Source: Verrucomicrobiales bacterium (lineage in GTDB: Bacteria > Verrucomicrobiota > Verrucomicrobiia > Verrucomicrobiales > V1-33). Taken from it: a stretch of 64,000 nucleotides of DNA. The first letter of the stretch is position 1; the number at the start of each line of letters is the position of its first letter. The notes below the pieces were generated by a model. The model was not told the DNA's origin. It searched no databases and saw nothing but the letters and a program-made list of their open reading frames with translations. Position numbers and translations under genes: made by a program. Of the stretch, positions 20,475-32,100 are shown piece by piece. Location: NCBI GenBank assembly GCA_035550135.1, contig DASZQB010000131.1:66411-130410 (forward strand), in the 5' to 3' direction.

Positions 20475-22502
20475 ATGAATGCCACGCTTCTTTCCCCTGA
20501 CAAATCCTCCGCGGGCACTCCTGCCGCTCCGCCGGCTCCGGCCTTTCGCCGTGAGATGGAAGGCGACGGCATCTGCCATCTTATTTTCGATCAGCCCGGA
20601 TCATCCGCCAACGTCTTCAGTATGGCCGCGCTCAACGATCTCTGGAAAGAGCTCGAAGCCCTGCAATCCACGCCCGGCCTGCGCGGCATCATCCTGCGCA
20701 GCGTCAAGCCTGACATCTTTTGCGCCGGCGCGGATCTTCAGTCCTTCCGCTCTCTGTCGGAGGATGTCCTGCGCGAATTCGTCCTCCTCGGGCAACGCGT
20801 CTTCAGTGCTTTTGCCGCATTGCCCGTCAAAAAAGTCGCCGCCATCCACGGCGCCTGCGTCGGCGGCGGCTTCGAACTCACCCTCGCCTGCGATGTGCGC
20901 ATCGCCACCGACGCCTCTGCCACCAAAATCGGCCTCCCTGAAACGAACCTCGGCATCCTCCCGGGCTGGGGCGGTTGCACGCGCCTGCCCCGTCTCATCG
21001 GCCTCCCGGCAGCCCTCAGCGTTATCCTTCCCGGTGCCATCCACCCGGCCCGCAAAGCTCGCAAACTCGGCATGGTGGACGAAGTCGTGCCGCGCGAGCA
21101 CCTCCTGCGCACCGCCCTGCGTCATGTGAACGGCCCGCCGGTCCGTCGCCAGGGCCACTGGCTGACTAACAATGCGCTCTCCGCCATCTTCATCGCTCGC
21201 AAGGTCCGCCAGGATTTGATGAAAAAATCCGGCGGCCATTATCCCGCACCGTTCGTGGCGCTGAATGTCGCCGTGAAAGGGTTGCGCGGCAGCGTCGAAG
21301 AGTCACTCACCCGCGAACGCGAAGGCATCATGGAACTGGCCGCCTCGCCGAAGACGCGCCACCTGATGAACGTCTTCCTGCACCGCGAAAAAATCCGCCG
21401 CGGTTCATCGCGCGGGGAAGGCAAGTCCATTCGCAACGTCGCCGTCATCGGCGCCGGCGTCATGGGTGCGGGCATCGCCCAGTGGATCGCCGCGAAAGGC
21501 TGCCGCGTCCTCCTCCAGGACGTGAATGATGCCGCGCTCGGCAAAGGCATGGAGCGCATTCGCAAGCTCCTCAAGGACGGCGTGAAACGCGGTCACTTCC
21601 GTCCCGCTGAGGCCAAAGCCGCGCTCGACCGCATCACTCCGTGCAGTGCCGAAGTCCCGCTCCACCGCATGGACCTCGTCATCGAAGCCGCCGTGGAGGA
21701 CCCGGCCATCAAACGCAAGCTCTTCGAAAAACTCTCCGCCCGCGTCGGCCCGAATACGATCCTCGCTACTAACACCTCCGCGCTGAGCATCGGCGATATG
21801 CTCGACTCGCCGCGCCTCGTCGGCATGCACTTCTTCAATCCCGTGCATCGCATGCCGCTGGTGGAAATTGTCAGGCCGGACCACGCCGACCCCGCTGTGG
21901 TGAACACCGTTGCGGACTTTGCGCGGCGCATCGGCAAGCTGCCCGTCATCGTTGCCGACCGTCCCGGTTTCGTCGTGAACCGCATCCTCATGCCTTATCT
22001 CATGCTCGCCGGCGAACTCGTCGCTGACGGCATGCCTCCTGGCGAACTCGACGCCGCCATGAAAAAATTCGGCATGCCCATGGGCCCCATGCGCCTCCTT
22101 GATGAAGTCGGCCTCGATGTGGCGCTCCACGTGGGCCGCACCCTCGCCGCCGCTTATCCTGACAGAATGTCCGTCCCGCCCGTCCTCGCCGAAATGGTCG
22201 CCGCAGGCAAACTCGGCAAAAAGTCCGGCTCGGGCTTCTATCAATATCCCAAAGGCGGACCCGATCCCGCGGATCACTATCATTCCGACGAGAAGTGGCG
22301 CGGCGCCGCTCTGCGGGCTGCCGAGAGACTCGCCCGCATCATGAGCACGGAAGCTGCCCGCTGCCTCGAAGATCGCGTCGCCGATTCCGCGGAGGATATC
22401 GACTTCGCCATGATCGCCGGTACCGGTTACCCGGCCTTTCGCGGAGGTCCCCTGACGTATTCCGGCGTCATCACCACCGGAGTCCATGCCGAATCAACCT
22501 AA
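20475..22502 (+). CDS. Bifunctional enoyl-CoA hydratase / 3-hydroxyacyl-CoA dehydrogenase (FadB/FadJ-like)
   Basis: N-terminal crotonase fold (FCAGADL, GACVGGGFELTLACD). Central NAD Rossmann motif VAVIGAGVMGAGIAQW and the HFFNPV motif. The start lies 3 nt after the thiolase stop. Confidence 0.9.
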   Translation: MNATLLSPDKSSAGTPAAPPAPAFRREMEGDGICHLIFDQPGSSANVFSMAALNDLWKELEALQSTPGLRGIILRSVKPDIFCAGADLQSFRSLSEDVLREFVLLGQRVFSAFAALPVKKVAAIHGACVGGGFELTLACDVRIATDASATKIGLPETNLGILPGWGGCTRLPRLIGLPAALSVILPGAIHPARKARKLGMVDEVVPREHLLRTALRHVNGPPVRRQGHWLTNNALSAIFIARKVRQDLMKKSGGHYPAPFVALNVAVKGLRGSVEESLTREREGIMELAASPKTRHLMNVFLHREKIRRGSSRGEGKSIRNVAVIGAGVMGAGIAQWIAAKGCRVLLQDVNDAALGKGMERIRKLLKDGVKRGHFRPAEAKAALDRITPCSAEVPLHRMDLVIEAAVEDPAIKRKLFEKLSARVGPNTILATNTSALSIGDMLDSPRLVGMHFFNPVHRMPLVEIVRPDHADPAVVNTVADFARRIGKLPVIVADRPGFVVNRILMPYLMLAGELVADGMPPGELDAAMKKFGMPMGPMRLLDEVGLDVALHVGRTLAAAYPDRMSVPPVLAEMVAAGKLGKKSGSGFYQYPKGGPDPADHYHSDEKWRGAALRAAERLARIMSTEAARCLEDRVADSAEDIDFAMIAGTGYPAFRGGPLTYSGVITTGVHAEST

Positions 22503-22509
22503 CAACGCC

Positions 22510-24357
22510 ATGAAAATCACTCCTGAACCCGCCAGCGTCATCGACACCTCCAAAATGTCCGAAGGCCAGCGCGCCGCGCTGGAGACCACCGAGGCCGCGC
22601 GCGAGCACGTGAAGGAGGAAACCTTCGCCGCCTCGCTGTTCATGGGCCGTCCCGATTTCTCGCGGCTTCTTCCCTTTCCTCACCAAACCGTGGAGGACGA
22701 AGACCAGGGCGATGCTTTCATCGAGCGTCTCAGCGGTTTCCTAACCACTCACGCCGATCCCGACGCTATCGACCGCGAGGGCGAAATCCCGGACGACGTC
22801 ATGCAGGGCCTCGCGCAGCTTGGCGCGTTCGGCATCAAGATTCCCAAGACCTATGGCGGCCTCGGCCTGTCGCAAACGAACTACGCCCGCGCCGCCATGT
22901 GGCTGGGTGGATTCTGCGGCAATATCACCGCTCTCCTTTCCGCCCACCAGTCCATCGGCGTCCCGCAGCCGCTCCTGCTTTTCGGCACCGAAGAGCAAAA
23001 GAAAAAATGGCTCACACGCTGCGCCGCCGGTGAGATCAGCGCCTTCGCCCTGACGGAAACCGAAGTCGGCTCCGACCCCGCCCGCATGCGCACCACCGCC
23101 GTTCCCACGGAGGATGGAAAGAGTTTCGTCATCAACGGCGAGAAACTCTGGTGTACCAACGGCACCCGCGCCGGCTTCATCGTCGTCATGGCTCGCACTC
23201 CCGCGACCGAAGGCTCCAAATCCGGACGCACCCCCATCACCGCCTTCATCGTGGATATGGACACTCCCGGCGTGGAAGTCGTGCGCCGCTGCCGCTTCAT
23301 GGGCCTGCGTGCTTTGTATAATGGTGTCATCCGCTTCAAGGACGCCGTCGTCCCGCGCGAGAACATCATCCTCGGCGAAGGTAAAGGCCTGCGCGTCGCC
23401 CTAACCACTCTCAACACGGGCCGCCTCACCCTTCCCGCCGCCTGCGCCGGGGCCATGCATCGCTGCGTCGAGTGGTCGCGCGACTGGGCGACTAAGCGCG
23501 AACAATGGGGCGCTCCCATCGCCAAACACGCCGCCATTGCCGAAAAACTCGCCCGCATGTCCGCCCGCGCCTTCGCGCTCGAAAGCGTGGTGCGCCACGT
23601 CTGCGCCCTCGTCGATCAGGATAAACACGCCGACATCCGCCTCGAAGCCGCCATCGCCAAACTGTGGGGCACCGAGCGCGCATGGGAGACCATCAACGAC
23701 ACCATGCAGATTCGCGGCGGACGCGGCTACGAAACCGCCGAAAGCCTGCGTGCCCGCGGTGAAGCGGGCGTGCCGATTGAGCGCTTCCTCCGCGATGCCC
23801 GCATCAACACCATCTTCGAAGGCTCCACCGAAATCATGCGCCTCTTCATCGCCCGCGAAGCCCTCGATCCGCACCTCCAAAAGGGCGGTGCCGTCCTGAA
23901 TTCCAAGCTCCCCCTCAAGGTCCGCCTCGCCGCCGCATGGAACGCCACGAAGTTCTACGCGGGCTGGCTCCCCCGCACCTTCAAGCCGGTTGTGGGTGTT
24001 CCCGACGGCCTCAAACACTTCCGCCGCGAAACCCGTAAAGTCATCCGTCTCAGCCATAAACTCGCCCGGCGCATCTTCTCCCGAATGGTGCGCTTCGGCC
24101 CGAAACTTGAACGGGAGCAACTCGTCCTCGGCCACCTCGCCGACGCCGGCGCGGAACTCTACATCGCCTCCGCGGTCATCGCCCGCGTCGAATCCCTCCT
24201 CGCCCGCGAAACCGACCCCGCCGCCCGCCAGCGCCTCACCACCCTCGCCCGCTACGCCTGCCGCCTCAGCCTCGACGCCTGCTCCACTCACCTCCGCCTC
24301 AGCGGCAGTTCCACTGAGCGCATGTCGAAACGGGTGGCAAAGTGCCTGGCCGCATAA
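22510..24357 (+). CDS. Acyl-CoA dehydrogenase family protein (long form)
   Basis: FALTETEVGSDPARM, WCTNG, GGRGYETA and IFEGSTEIMRLFIARE are ACAD N/M/C-domain motifs. The start is either ATG 22486 (overlapping the fadB-like stop) or ATG 22510. Confidence 0.88.
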   Translation: MKITPEPASVIDTSKMSEGQRAALETTEAAREHVKEETFAASLFMGRPDFSRLLPFPHQTVEDEDQGDAFIERLSGFLTTHADPDAIDREGEIPDDVMQGLAQLGAFGIKIPKTYGGLGLSQTNYARAAMWLGGFCGNITALLSAHQSIGVPQPLLLFGTEEQKKKWLTRCAAGEISAFALTETEVGSDPARMRTTAVPTEDGKSFVINGEKLWCTNGTRAGFIVVMARTPATEGSKSGRTPITAFIVDMDTPGVEVVRRCRFMGLRALYNGVIRFKDAVVPRENIILGEGKGLRVALTTLNTGRLTLPAACAGAMHRCVEWSRDWATKREQWGAPIAKHAAIAEKLARMSARAFALESVVRHVCALVDQDKHADIRLEAAIAKLWGTERAWETINDTMQIRGGRGYETAESLRARGEAGVPIERFLRDARINTIFEGSTEIMRLFIAREALDPHLQKGGAVLNSKLPLKVRLAAAWNATKFYAGWLPRTFKPVVGVPDGLKHFRRETRKVIRLSHKLARRIFSRMVRFGPKLEREQLVLGHLADAGAELYIASAVIARVESLLARETDPAARQRLTTLARYACRLSLDACSTHLRLSGSSTERMSKRVAKCLAA

Positions 24358-24422
24358 CACATGCGGATACCTGGCTTCGCGTGGTCGCTTGCCCCGATGA
24401 GGAGTCGAGGGAAGTGTCAGGC

Positions 24423-24800
24423 ATGATCGAAGTGACCCGTGAAACGTTCCGCCGGATGGCGGAGAAGGCGTGGCTGGAGGTGCCGGAGGAACTGCGCCGG
24501 CGGGTGGAAAATCTGCGTATCGTGATCGAGGACGAGCCTTCGGAGGAAGACTACCGGCTCAACGAGGTTCCCGACGACGAGGACCTCTTCGGCTTGTTCG
24601 AAGGGGTGGCCTTAACGGATTCGATGCTGGAAGGCGGGCATGGGATGCCGAACGCGATCCGCATCTTTCAGATTCCGCATGAGGAAGTGTGCGACACGCT
24701 GGAAGAGCTGCAGGCGGAGGTGACGCGGACGGTGCACCACGAGGTCGCTCACCATTTCGGGATCGATGATGACCGGCTGGAGGAAATAGGAGCGTACTGA
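24423..24800 (+). CDS. Small zincin-like metallopeptidase-fold protein (DUF1025 / Zincin_1 family)
   Basis: 125 aa from MIEVTRETF... A C-terminal HExxH lies within TVHHEVAHHFGIDD, matching the PF06262 pattern. The track start at 24342 overlaps the upstream gene. Confidence 0.7.
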   Translation: MIEVTRETFRRMAEKAWLEVPEELRRRVENLRIVIEDEPSEEDYRLNEVPDDEDLFGLFEGVALTDSMLEGGHGMPNAIRIFQIPHEEVCDTLEELQAEVTRTVHHEVAHHFGIDDDRLEEIGAY

Positions 24801-24806
24801 CGGACA

Positions 24807-26102
24807 TCAGCTCCGGGGAACGGTTATCGTCTCTTCAGTCTCCGCTTTGAGAATGTCCTCGATCGTTTCGCGGCGGGAAATTTGGGTCAGGGTGCCGTCT
24901 GGCTCCAGCCAAATTTGTGGAGCACGACCCACCGAGTTATAGTTGCTGCTCATCGCGTAGCCGTAGGCACCTGCATCGCGAATGGTCAGAAGATCGCCCG
25001 GACTGACGGAGGGCAGGGGACGCGGCTGGATGAGTTCCGCTTCGTCGCGGGTGAAGACATCACCACTTTCACAGAGCGGGCCGGCGACAACAACGGATTC
25101 GGCGGAGGGAGCATCCTCCTTGCCCACGACGGAGATACCGTGCCAGCTCCCATACATGGCGGGACGCACAAGGTCCACGAACCCGGCATCGACCATGGCG
25201 AAGGTGGCGCCGTTGCCCTTGCTGTTGGTTTGGGTGCGCTTCACGTCCGTGACACGAGTCACGAGCGTGGCGGCGGGGGCCACATAATAGCGGCCAGGCT
25301 CGATTTCCAAACGCAGGGGCCGTCCCGCAGCGGCACTGAGTTTTTCCTGGGCCCACGTAAAAAGCTCCCGCAGGCGTCCGATGGGCTGCGCCGCGTGGAC
25401 GTCACGGTAGTTGTGGGGAATCCCGCCTCCGAGACTAATGGCCTCCATGTCCGGAAATTGCGGCAACAGCGACACGAATAGGTCTGACAGATGCGATAAA
25501 TTGTCGATCAGTTCGTCAAATTGCGGCCCGCTGCCGATATGGGCGTGCAGCATCACGACTTTCATCCCTGCCGCTTTAGCGGCGACACCCGCGGCGGAAA
25601 TGTCCGAATGCCATATTCCATGCTTGCTGCTGGGCCCGCCGGTGTCGCAGGAGTTCACGTGCCCATGGCCGAACCCTGGGTTTACGCGCAGAGAGATTTT
25701 CCCCCGATAGCCGGCTTCGCTCAATTGGCGGATCATGCCTGGTGAGCCAATGTTCGGCAGGATGGTGTTTTCCAGCACTATACTCAGCGCATTGTCGCGA
25801 AAGACGTCCGCAGTGAAACAAATGGCCGGCGGTTCCATGCCTGCCGGGTGACCGGCACGCAGAGCCCGGAGGACTTCATTTCCGGAAACGGCGTCGATCC
25901 AGATACCCGCAGCAGCCATTTCGCGCACGACTTTCGAGGCGGGACAGGCCTTCATGGCAAAGCGCGCCTGAAGATTCGGAGCATCCGTGATGCTGCGGAT
26001 GTCAGCGATGCGTTTCCGGATCACGCCGGCGTCATAGAGCCAAAACGGAGTGCCGACCGAGGCGGCGAGCGAATGAAGAAGTTCCGGAGAATGAGCAGGC
26101 AT
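24807..26102 (-). CDS. lysA: Diaminopimelate decarboxylase
   Basis: PLP-dependent Orn/DAP/Arg decarboxylase family: FWLYD, ARFAMKACP (PLP Lys), HAHIGSG, LGGGIPHNY, GPLCESGD. Confidence 0.85.
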   Translation of the reverse strand: MPAHSPELLHSLAASVGTPFWLYDAGVIRKRIADIRSITDAPNLQARFAMKACPASKVVREMAAAGIWIDAVSGNEVLRALRAGHPAGMEPPAICFTADVFRDNALSIVLENTILPNIGSPGMIRQLSEAGYRGKISLRVNPGFGHGHVNSCDTGGPSSKHGIWHSDISAAGVAAKAAGMKVVMLHAHIGSGPQFDELIDNLSHLSDLFVSLLPQFPDMEAISLGGGIPHNYRDVHAAQPIGRLRELFTWAQEKLSAAAGRPLRLEIEPGRYYVAPAATLVTRVTDVKRTQTNSKGNGATFAMVDAGFVDLVRPAMYGSWHGISVVGKEDAPSAESVVVAGPLCESGDVFTRDEAELIQPRPLPSVSPGDLLTIRDAGAYGYAMSSNYNSVGRAPQIWLEPDGTLTQISRRETIEDILKAETEETITVPRS

Positions 26103-26199
26103 AGGGGCGAAAAGAGCGCCGAAGATGCCGCCCGCGGTCCGCCTTGCAAGTCCGATGCTTGCCGCTTTGGGGTGCTCATCCGCAGCCCGAAAATAGGAA

Positions 26200-29100
26200 T
26201 CACTTTTTCAACACCGCCTGCAATGGCCCTGGCAATGCTGTTTGAGGAGTGAGGGTGCCGGTGAAGGTGTCTTTCTCATCGTCACCAGCCCCCTCCTTCA
26301 TCTGTGCTTTCAGGCTGCCATCCGCGTTTTGACCAATGGTTAGTTCCCGTGTGGACTTTTCGTTCATCCTGAACTGAAGGGTCACGGTCCCGTCGCTGTG
26401 GACATGCACATTCGTGCAGGGTTCGTCCGAATCCTTCCAAACGAAGGCATACCCTTTGGCGTCGTCCTCCGGCACGCTCCAGTTATCCCCCTGGGCCATT
26501 TTCAGAATATTGAGTGATGTGTTGAGTCTTGGGACCGGCTCCAGCGCTGCGGGAATGCCGCTCTTTTGCAGCGCTTCGCGCGTCACGAGGAGACAATCGG
26601 AAAAGCGATTGAGCGGAATCCGTCCGCCGGCGCCCGCACCGCCGGTCATGGGGTTCATGGCGTCAAGATCCAGCTTAATCTCGGAGACCGTATTGATAAT
26701 GACCGCGAGCAGCGCCAGACTTTCAATGGGGTCGTTTAAAACGAGCCTGCGGTAGGGATTTCGCTGCGGGCGCAGCAGGTAAAACCGTCCGTCGCGCCGT
26801 GTGAGATAAACCGGATAGGAAAGCACTGGCCGCGATGCGGCTTTTGCCAGTCCGGCAAAGACCTCCTTCACTTTTCCCTCCGGTGCGGGAAAACGCTGGC
26901 CGGCGATGTAATCGACGAGGGCCTTCATGACGGTTTGCTCTTCATCCTCGGCGACGCGGGATTTCCAGTCGAGCAGGCTGTAAAGAACCGGGGACCATCC
27001 GGGCGGAAGCCGCAGCGCGGCTCTCTTTCCGGCCTCGATGGCAAGTGTGCCGCCGTCTTTTGCGTCCACGATGCTGCCGGCCTTTCCGGCTTTGCCCGGC
27101 GCGGGTTCGTCATCGTCGAAACTGACGAGCCACGGGCCGGCGGGAACGGTGAGGTTGCTCTGTGTCCTGGTATCTACAAACCGCGTGGTCTCCGTGCCCG
27201 GCGAGGCATAACCGGCATCACCCGCCCATTTCAACCATGCGCGGCTTTGGAAAGAGGGGGTGGCGGCGGGAGCATCGGACAGGGTGAGAGTGCCCGTCTC
27301 TCTTGTGATCGTCACTGCCAGCGGTGCTGTTGAATTGCTGCCAACCTCCAAAGTGGCGGGAACGATTTTGATGCCTTTCTTCGAACTGGACAACGCGACC
27401 TTCAGCGGCGGTGCATCCGATTTCGTTGTGATCCTCACTTCATCCCCGTCCCGCGTGACTTCCGAATCGCCCGTGCCGGACAACTGAATATCCGCCGGCA
27501 AAGCGCCGCCGGAGAATTTGATAGTGGTCACGTGCGACTCCGCGCCTGGAGGCTGATCCGGTTTCGGATCACCGTCTTTCTTCTTAGCCATCCACCACGC
27601 CACGCCGCCTCCAATGACCGCCACTGCAGCCGCGATCGCGAGCACCGGCGATTTGCTTCCTTTTTTCTTCGGCGTTTCCTGAGTCTCTGCCGGCGTGACG
27701 GCCGGTACCGCTTTGAGGCGTTTCTCCTCCGCTTCGGCTTTTCGCTGCGCGGCTTCCTCCTGGGATCTGCGCTTTGCTTCGGCGTCGGCGTTGCGTTTCG
27801 CTTCCGCCTCCTCTTTGCGTCGTGCCTCCTCTTCTGTTTTGCGTTTGTCGGCCTCCTCCTTGAGGCGGCGCTTTTCCTCCGCTTCGGCTTTTCGGCGGGC
27901 TTCCTCCTCCGCTTTACGTTTCGCAGCTTCTTCGGCGAGACGGCGTTTCTCCTCTTCGGCGGCCTTCCGCCTGGCTTCCTCTTCGCGCTGCCGTTCTGCT
28001 TCCTGTTCGGCTTTTATGCGCGCTTCCTCCGCGGCCCTTGCGCGCGCCTCTTCCTCTTGAATCCGTTTGCGCTCTGCCTCCTCAGCGAGGCGCGTCGCCT
28101 CTTCCGCGGCCCTGACACGTTCAGCCTCTTCCCGCGCAAGACGCCGGGCCTCCTCCTCCAGTCTTCGTTTCTCCGCTTCCTCTTTGGCGATTCGCCTTGC
28201 GTTCTCCTCTTCGATGCGGCGCTGCTCCGCTTCCTCTGCGAGACGTTTTGCCTCGGCTTCGGCGCGAAGTCTGGCTTCTCTGGCAGCCTTCAATCTTGCG
28301 GCCTCCTCTTCAAGCTGGCGGCGTTCCGTCTCTTCCTCCGCCTGACGGCGTGCCTCCTCCTCGGCCTTTCGCCGGGCTTCCTCTGCAATGCGCAGACGTT
28401 CGGCTTCTTCAGCAAGGCGCTTTGCTTCCGCTTCGGCAAAAATCCTCGCCTCCTCCTCCGCTTTGAGTCTTGCCGCCTCTTCTTCAATCCGCCGGCGTTC
28501 CTCCTCTTCGGCGCGTCGTTTGGCCTCCTCCGCCTGGCGCTTCGCTTCCTCTTCCGCTTCGCGTTTGGCTTCCTCCTCTTCAATACGACGGCGCTCTGCT
28601 TCCTCTGCGAGACGCTTCGCCTCGGCCTCTGCAAAAAGTCTGGCTTCCTCCTCCGCCCTGAGCCGTGCGGCTTCCTCTTCCATCCGGCGCTGTTCTGCTT
28701 CTTCGGCCAGGCGCTTCGCTTCCGCTTCGGCGCGAATTCTTGCTTCCTCTTCTGCTTTGAGCCTCGCGGCCTCCTCTTCAATTCGTCGCCGCTCTGCTTC
28801 TTCGGCGAGACGTTTCGCTTCCGCTTCGGCGCGAATCCTTGCTTCCTCCTCTGCTTTGCGCCTCGCCGCTTCCTCTTCAATGCGACGCCGTTCCGCCTCT
28901 TCCGCCTGACGTCTGGCTTCCTCTTCCGCGATGCGGCGGGCCTCTTCTTCAGCCTTTCGTCTCGCCTCCTCTTCCGCGACGCGGCGCTGCTCCGCTTCTT
29001 CAGCGAGCCGTTTGGCCTCCGCCACCTGGCGCTGACGCTCGATTTCCTCCAGACGGCGGCGTTCCATTTCCTCCTCCATGCGGCGCCGGGCTTCCTCCTC

Positions 29101-32100
29101 TTCGCGCAGCCGCTGTTCCTCCGCCTCGCGTTCGAGTCGTGCCGTTTCCTTGATCGCAAAATCGGCCTCCTGCCAATGGCGCGCGGCTTCTGAAGCCTGA
29201 CTCCGGCAGAGGCCGGCAAACCGGCGGGCTTCCTCGATGATCCGTCCGGCGTCGGCGGCGCGCTGTGGATCGAGCGAAGCGGCGAGAGCGGTGAGTGAAT
29301 CCCGGCTTTGAACCGCGCTGCCAACAGAATCCCCGCATCTTCTCAACCAAGCCGCGCCCGGGGAATCCGGCGTCGCCGTCAACGCCGCCGGATCGGGCAG
29401 GGAAGCAATGGCCTCGTCCGCCGCATTTGTCAGGGTCACTATTTCCGCCGAGGCCGCACGGAAACGCTCCATCACGCGACGGTGCTCGTCCGCGATGGGA
29501 CGAACCTGCCTGATGGCGGAGTGCAAACTTCCCATCACGCTGCGCAGGTCATCGAGAGAGGTGGCGGAACGCTGCCGCGCCTGATTGACGCCGGCGGCAT
29601 CAATGGTGCCCAGCGTGCGCAGGGAGTGCAGTTCCTCCACGATGCCCGCCGCGCGACTGGCATCCGCGGCAGCGCGCTGCGCGATTTCATGCAAAGCCGG
29701 GCATTCCTCCGCGAGGGCATCGATTTCCGCGCGGATCGCGGGAGCGTCCGCTGCGGTCTGTTCCGCCTGCTGGATGAAACCGGAGATTTCAGCCTCCACC
29801 GCGGCGCGCAGTTTCGCCTCCTCTTCACGGCGACGGGCATCGATCTTCGCCCTCTCCAAAAGAGAGTGACAGGCACGAGCCATTTCACCGGCATCCGCCG
29901 CGACCTGTCGCGCCTGGGGGATTTGCGATTCCAGGCGGCTCAACTCCGCCTCCGGCACCTCCGCGGCTTCACGGTGCAAAGCCTCCAATTGAGAAACCAG
30001 GGCACCCGTTTGCGCGGCGAAGCTGTCCATTTGCCGCGCTGCGCCGGCTGAAGGGGCGACCCGCCGGCATTCCTCCGCCAGTTCCTTTGCTTCTTTGGCG
30101 GCGGCTTCGGTGCGGCGCCATGCATCGGCAAGCGACTCCGTGAGTTCACGGCGCCGCCGTTCGCGCTGCTGCGTTTCGCGCTGCAGTTTTTCGGCAGTGG
30201 CTTTGGCTTCCTTCATCGCCGCCTCCGCCTTCGCCAAAGCGAGCGTGGCGGTTTGCGAAATCTCGTCGAGCGCCGCCACGGCGGCCTTTCCCGCCGCCAG
30301 GGATTTCCCGCCGCCCTGACTGATCAGCGCCTGCTTTTCGCGCGCGGCGGTGGACGCATCATACACGCGGGACACGCAGGCATAACATTCCTTCACCGCA
30401 TCAGGGACGATTTCCGCAAAGGGACGGCATGCGTTTGCGATCTTTTCGGCATCGGCGGCCGCCTGCTCGATGTCATCCATCAGAATTCCAGACTGCTGAA
30501 TGATGCCGCCCCAGCGCGTTTGCCGGATGCGTTCGCCCACACTTTCCCATGAGATGCCGTCCGAGACGAACAACTGCCGCACCAGATCCTCACATTTCGG
30601 CGGCGAACTCTGGCCGCACAAATGCCGCGCCAGGATTTGATTAGCAGCGTCCCCCAGGCCCGGCAGCGCAATATATTCCTTCATGGAATAAAGCGAAGAG
30701 GGCGGCGGATTTTTTCCTCCTACAATAAAATACACCCACCGTGCCAGCAGTTGCACCCCCGCCACGCTCGTGGTGGTGGTGCGGGTGAAGTCGCCGCCCG
30801 TTGCCGTTGCGTCCGCGTCGGGTGTTGCGGCACCGCTTTGCACCGCCGGAGAAAGAGGGATTTTCAGGTTTACGACAGACCAGTCGATGGGGCGGTTTGC
30901 GTCTTCAGGCGGCATCTCCACCAGTGTGTCCTCCAGGAGGAGATTTGCGAGGCCCGCGGCGAAAGCGGTATCCATGGCGGTGCTGATTTGCCACACCAGC
31001 GGTGCATAACGTCCGAGGGGCTTGGCGCCCTCGCGCCGGAGAATATCGGTCAGGGAAACACCCGGCGCCGCCTCCTCCACGACGGCCCAGCCCTCGTTGA
31101 ACTCGCTGATGTCCAGCACCCGCAACAGGCCGCTGCCTTCCATGTCACGCATGGCGGTCGCGGCCTTTTTGTATTGGGCAATGGCCGCCGCGAGATTTCC
31201 CGAGCGGAGCAGCGTCACCTTCACCTTCAGCCGTTTTTCGCGGTCGATGGCCTGATGGACGGTGCCGTGTCTCGACTGCACGCCCTTCTCCAGCATAAAC
31301 CGGTCCGCCAGAGCGCCCCCGGAGCGCTGCCGCTTTTGCCAGCCGCCGCTCAGCGGAGGCATTCCCTGAAGGCACGCGCGCAGGTCGTTGAGCAGGTCCA
31401 TCCCGTTTGCATACCGCTCGCCGGGATTTCGCTTGATCATGCGGGCGAGAACGGCGCGTGGTTTGGCGGTGAGCTGTTTTGGCAGTTGCGGCTCATAGTC
31501 CCCGCCTGACAAGCGCTCCTGAATGACCACATCCGCGGCACCCTCCAGAGGATTGCGGCCCATCAGCAGGAACCATCCGGTCATCCCCAGGGAAAAGATA
31601 TCGCTGCGCCCGTCGGTCGGCTGCGACCGGATTTGCTCCGGACTGGCGAAAGCGGCGGAGAAAAGCGGGCGGCCCTCCATCCCGGGCGGCCCGTTCTCCG
31701 TCGCGGTGCGCTGGACCAGCCCGAAGTCGATCAGCTTCACCTGAGGCTTGTCATCCTCATCGAAGACGAGCATCAGGTTAGAGGGCTTTATATCCAGATG
31801 CACGACACCGCGCCGGTGAGAATATTCCAGCGCCTCCGCGGCCTGGAGTAAAAGGTGAAACGTGTCCGAAACCGACAGCGGGCCGGTCTTGATCACAAAC
31901 TCTTTGATGTTCCCGCCGGGACAAAGCTCGACCGCATAATAAAGCTGGCCCTCCACCTGGCCGCAGTCGGTGATGCGCGCGATACCGGGATGCGAGAGAC
32001 GCGCTTGCTCACGCGCCTCCTTCAGGAAGCGATTGCGCGCCGCCTCGTCCATGGCGTGGCGCTCGTCGATGAGTTTCAACGCGACTTCGGTATCGAGCAC

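Noticed and set aside
26103-26199. Lysine riboswitch upstream of lysA
   Set aside because: Only 97 nt separate the lysA start from the kinase stop codon. This is shorter than a lysine riboswitch aptamer plus expression platform, and I could not see its conserved helices.
28200-28900. Possible CRISPR array (regular repeats), also considered for the REP arrays at 47975-48803
   Set aside because: The 99-bp units are contiguous, with no unique spacers, and lie in frame inside a coding region. The REP units are composite palindromes flanking a Y1 transposase. No cas genes are present in the window.
27532-29193. Long plus-strand ORFs (553 aa, plus 28388-28909 encoding SASSARRFASASA... repeats and others) across the kinase repeat region
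   Set aside because: They are the reverse complement of the GAG/GCG/CGC/AAG-rich E/A/R/K codons, which stays open in several frames. Their products are low-complexity S/A/R/F/L strings. The minus strand carries a continuous 2007-aa ORF with clear kinase motifs.
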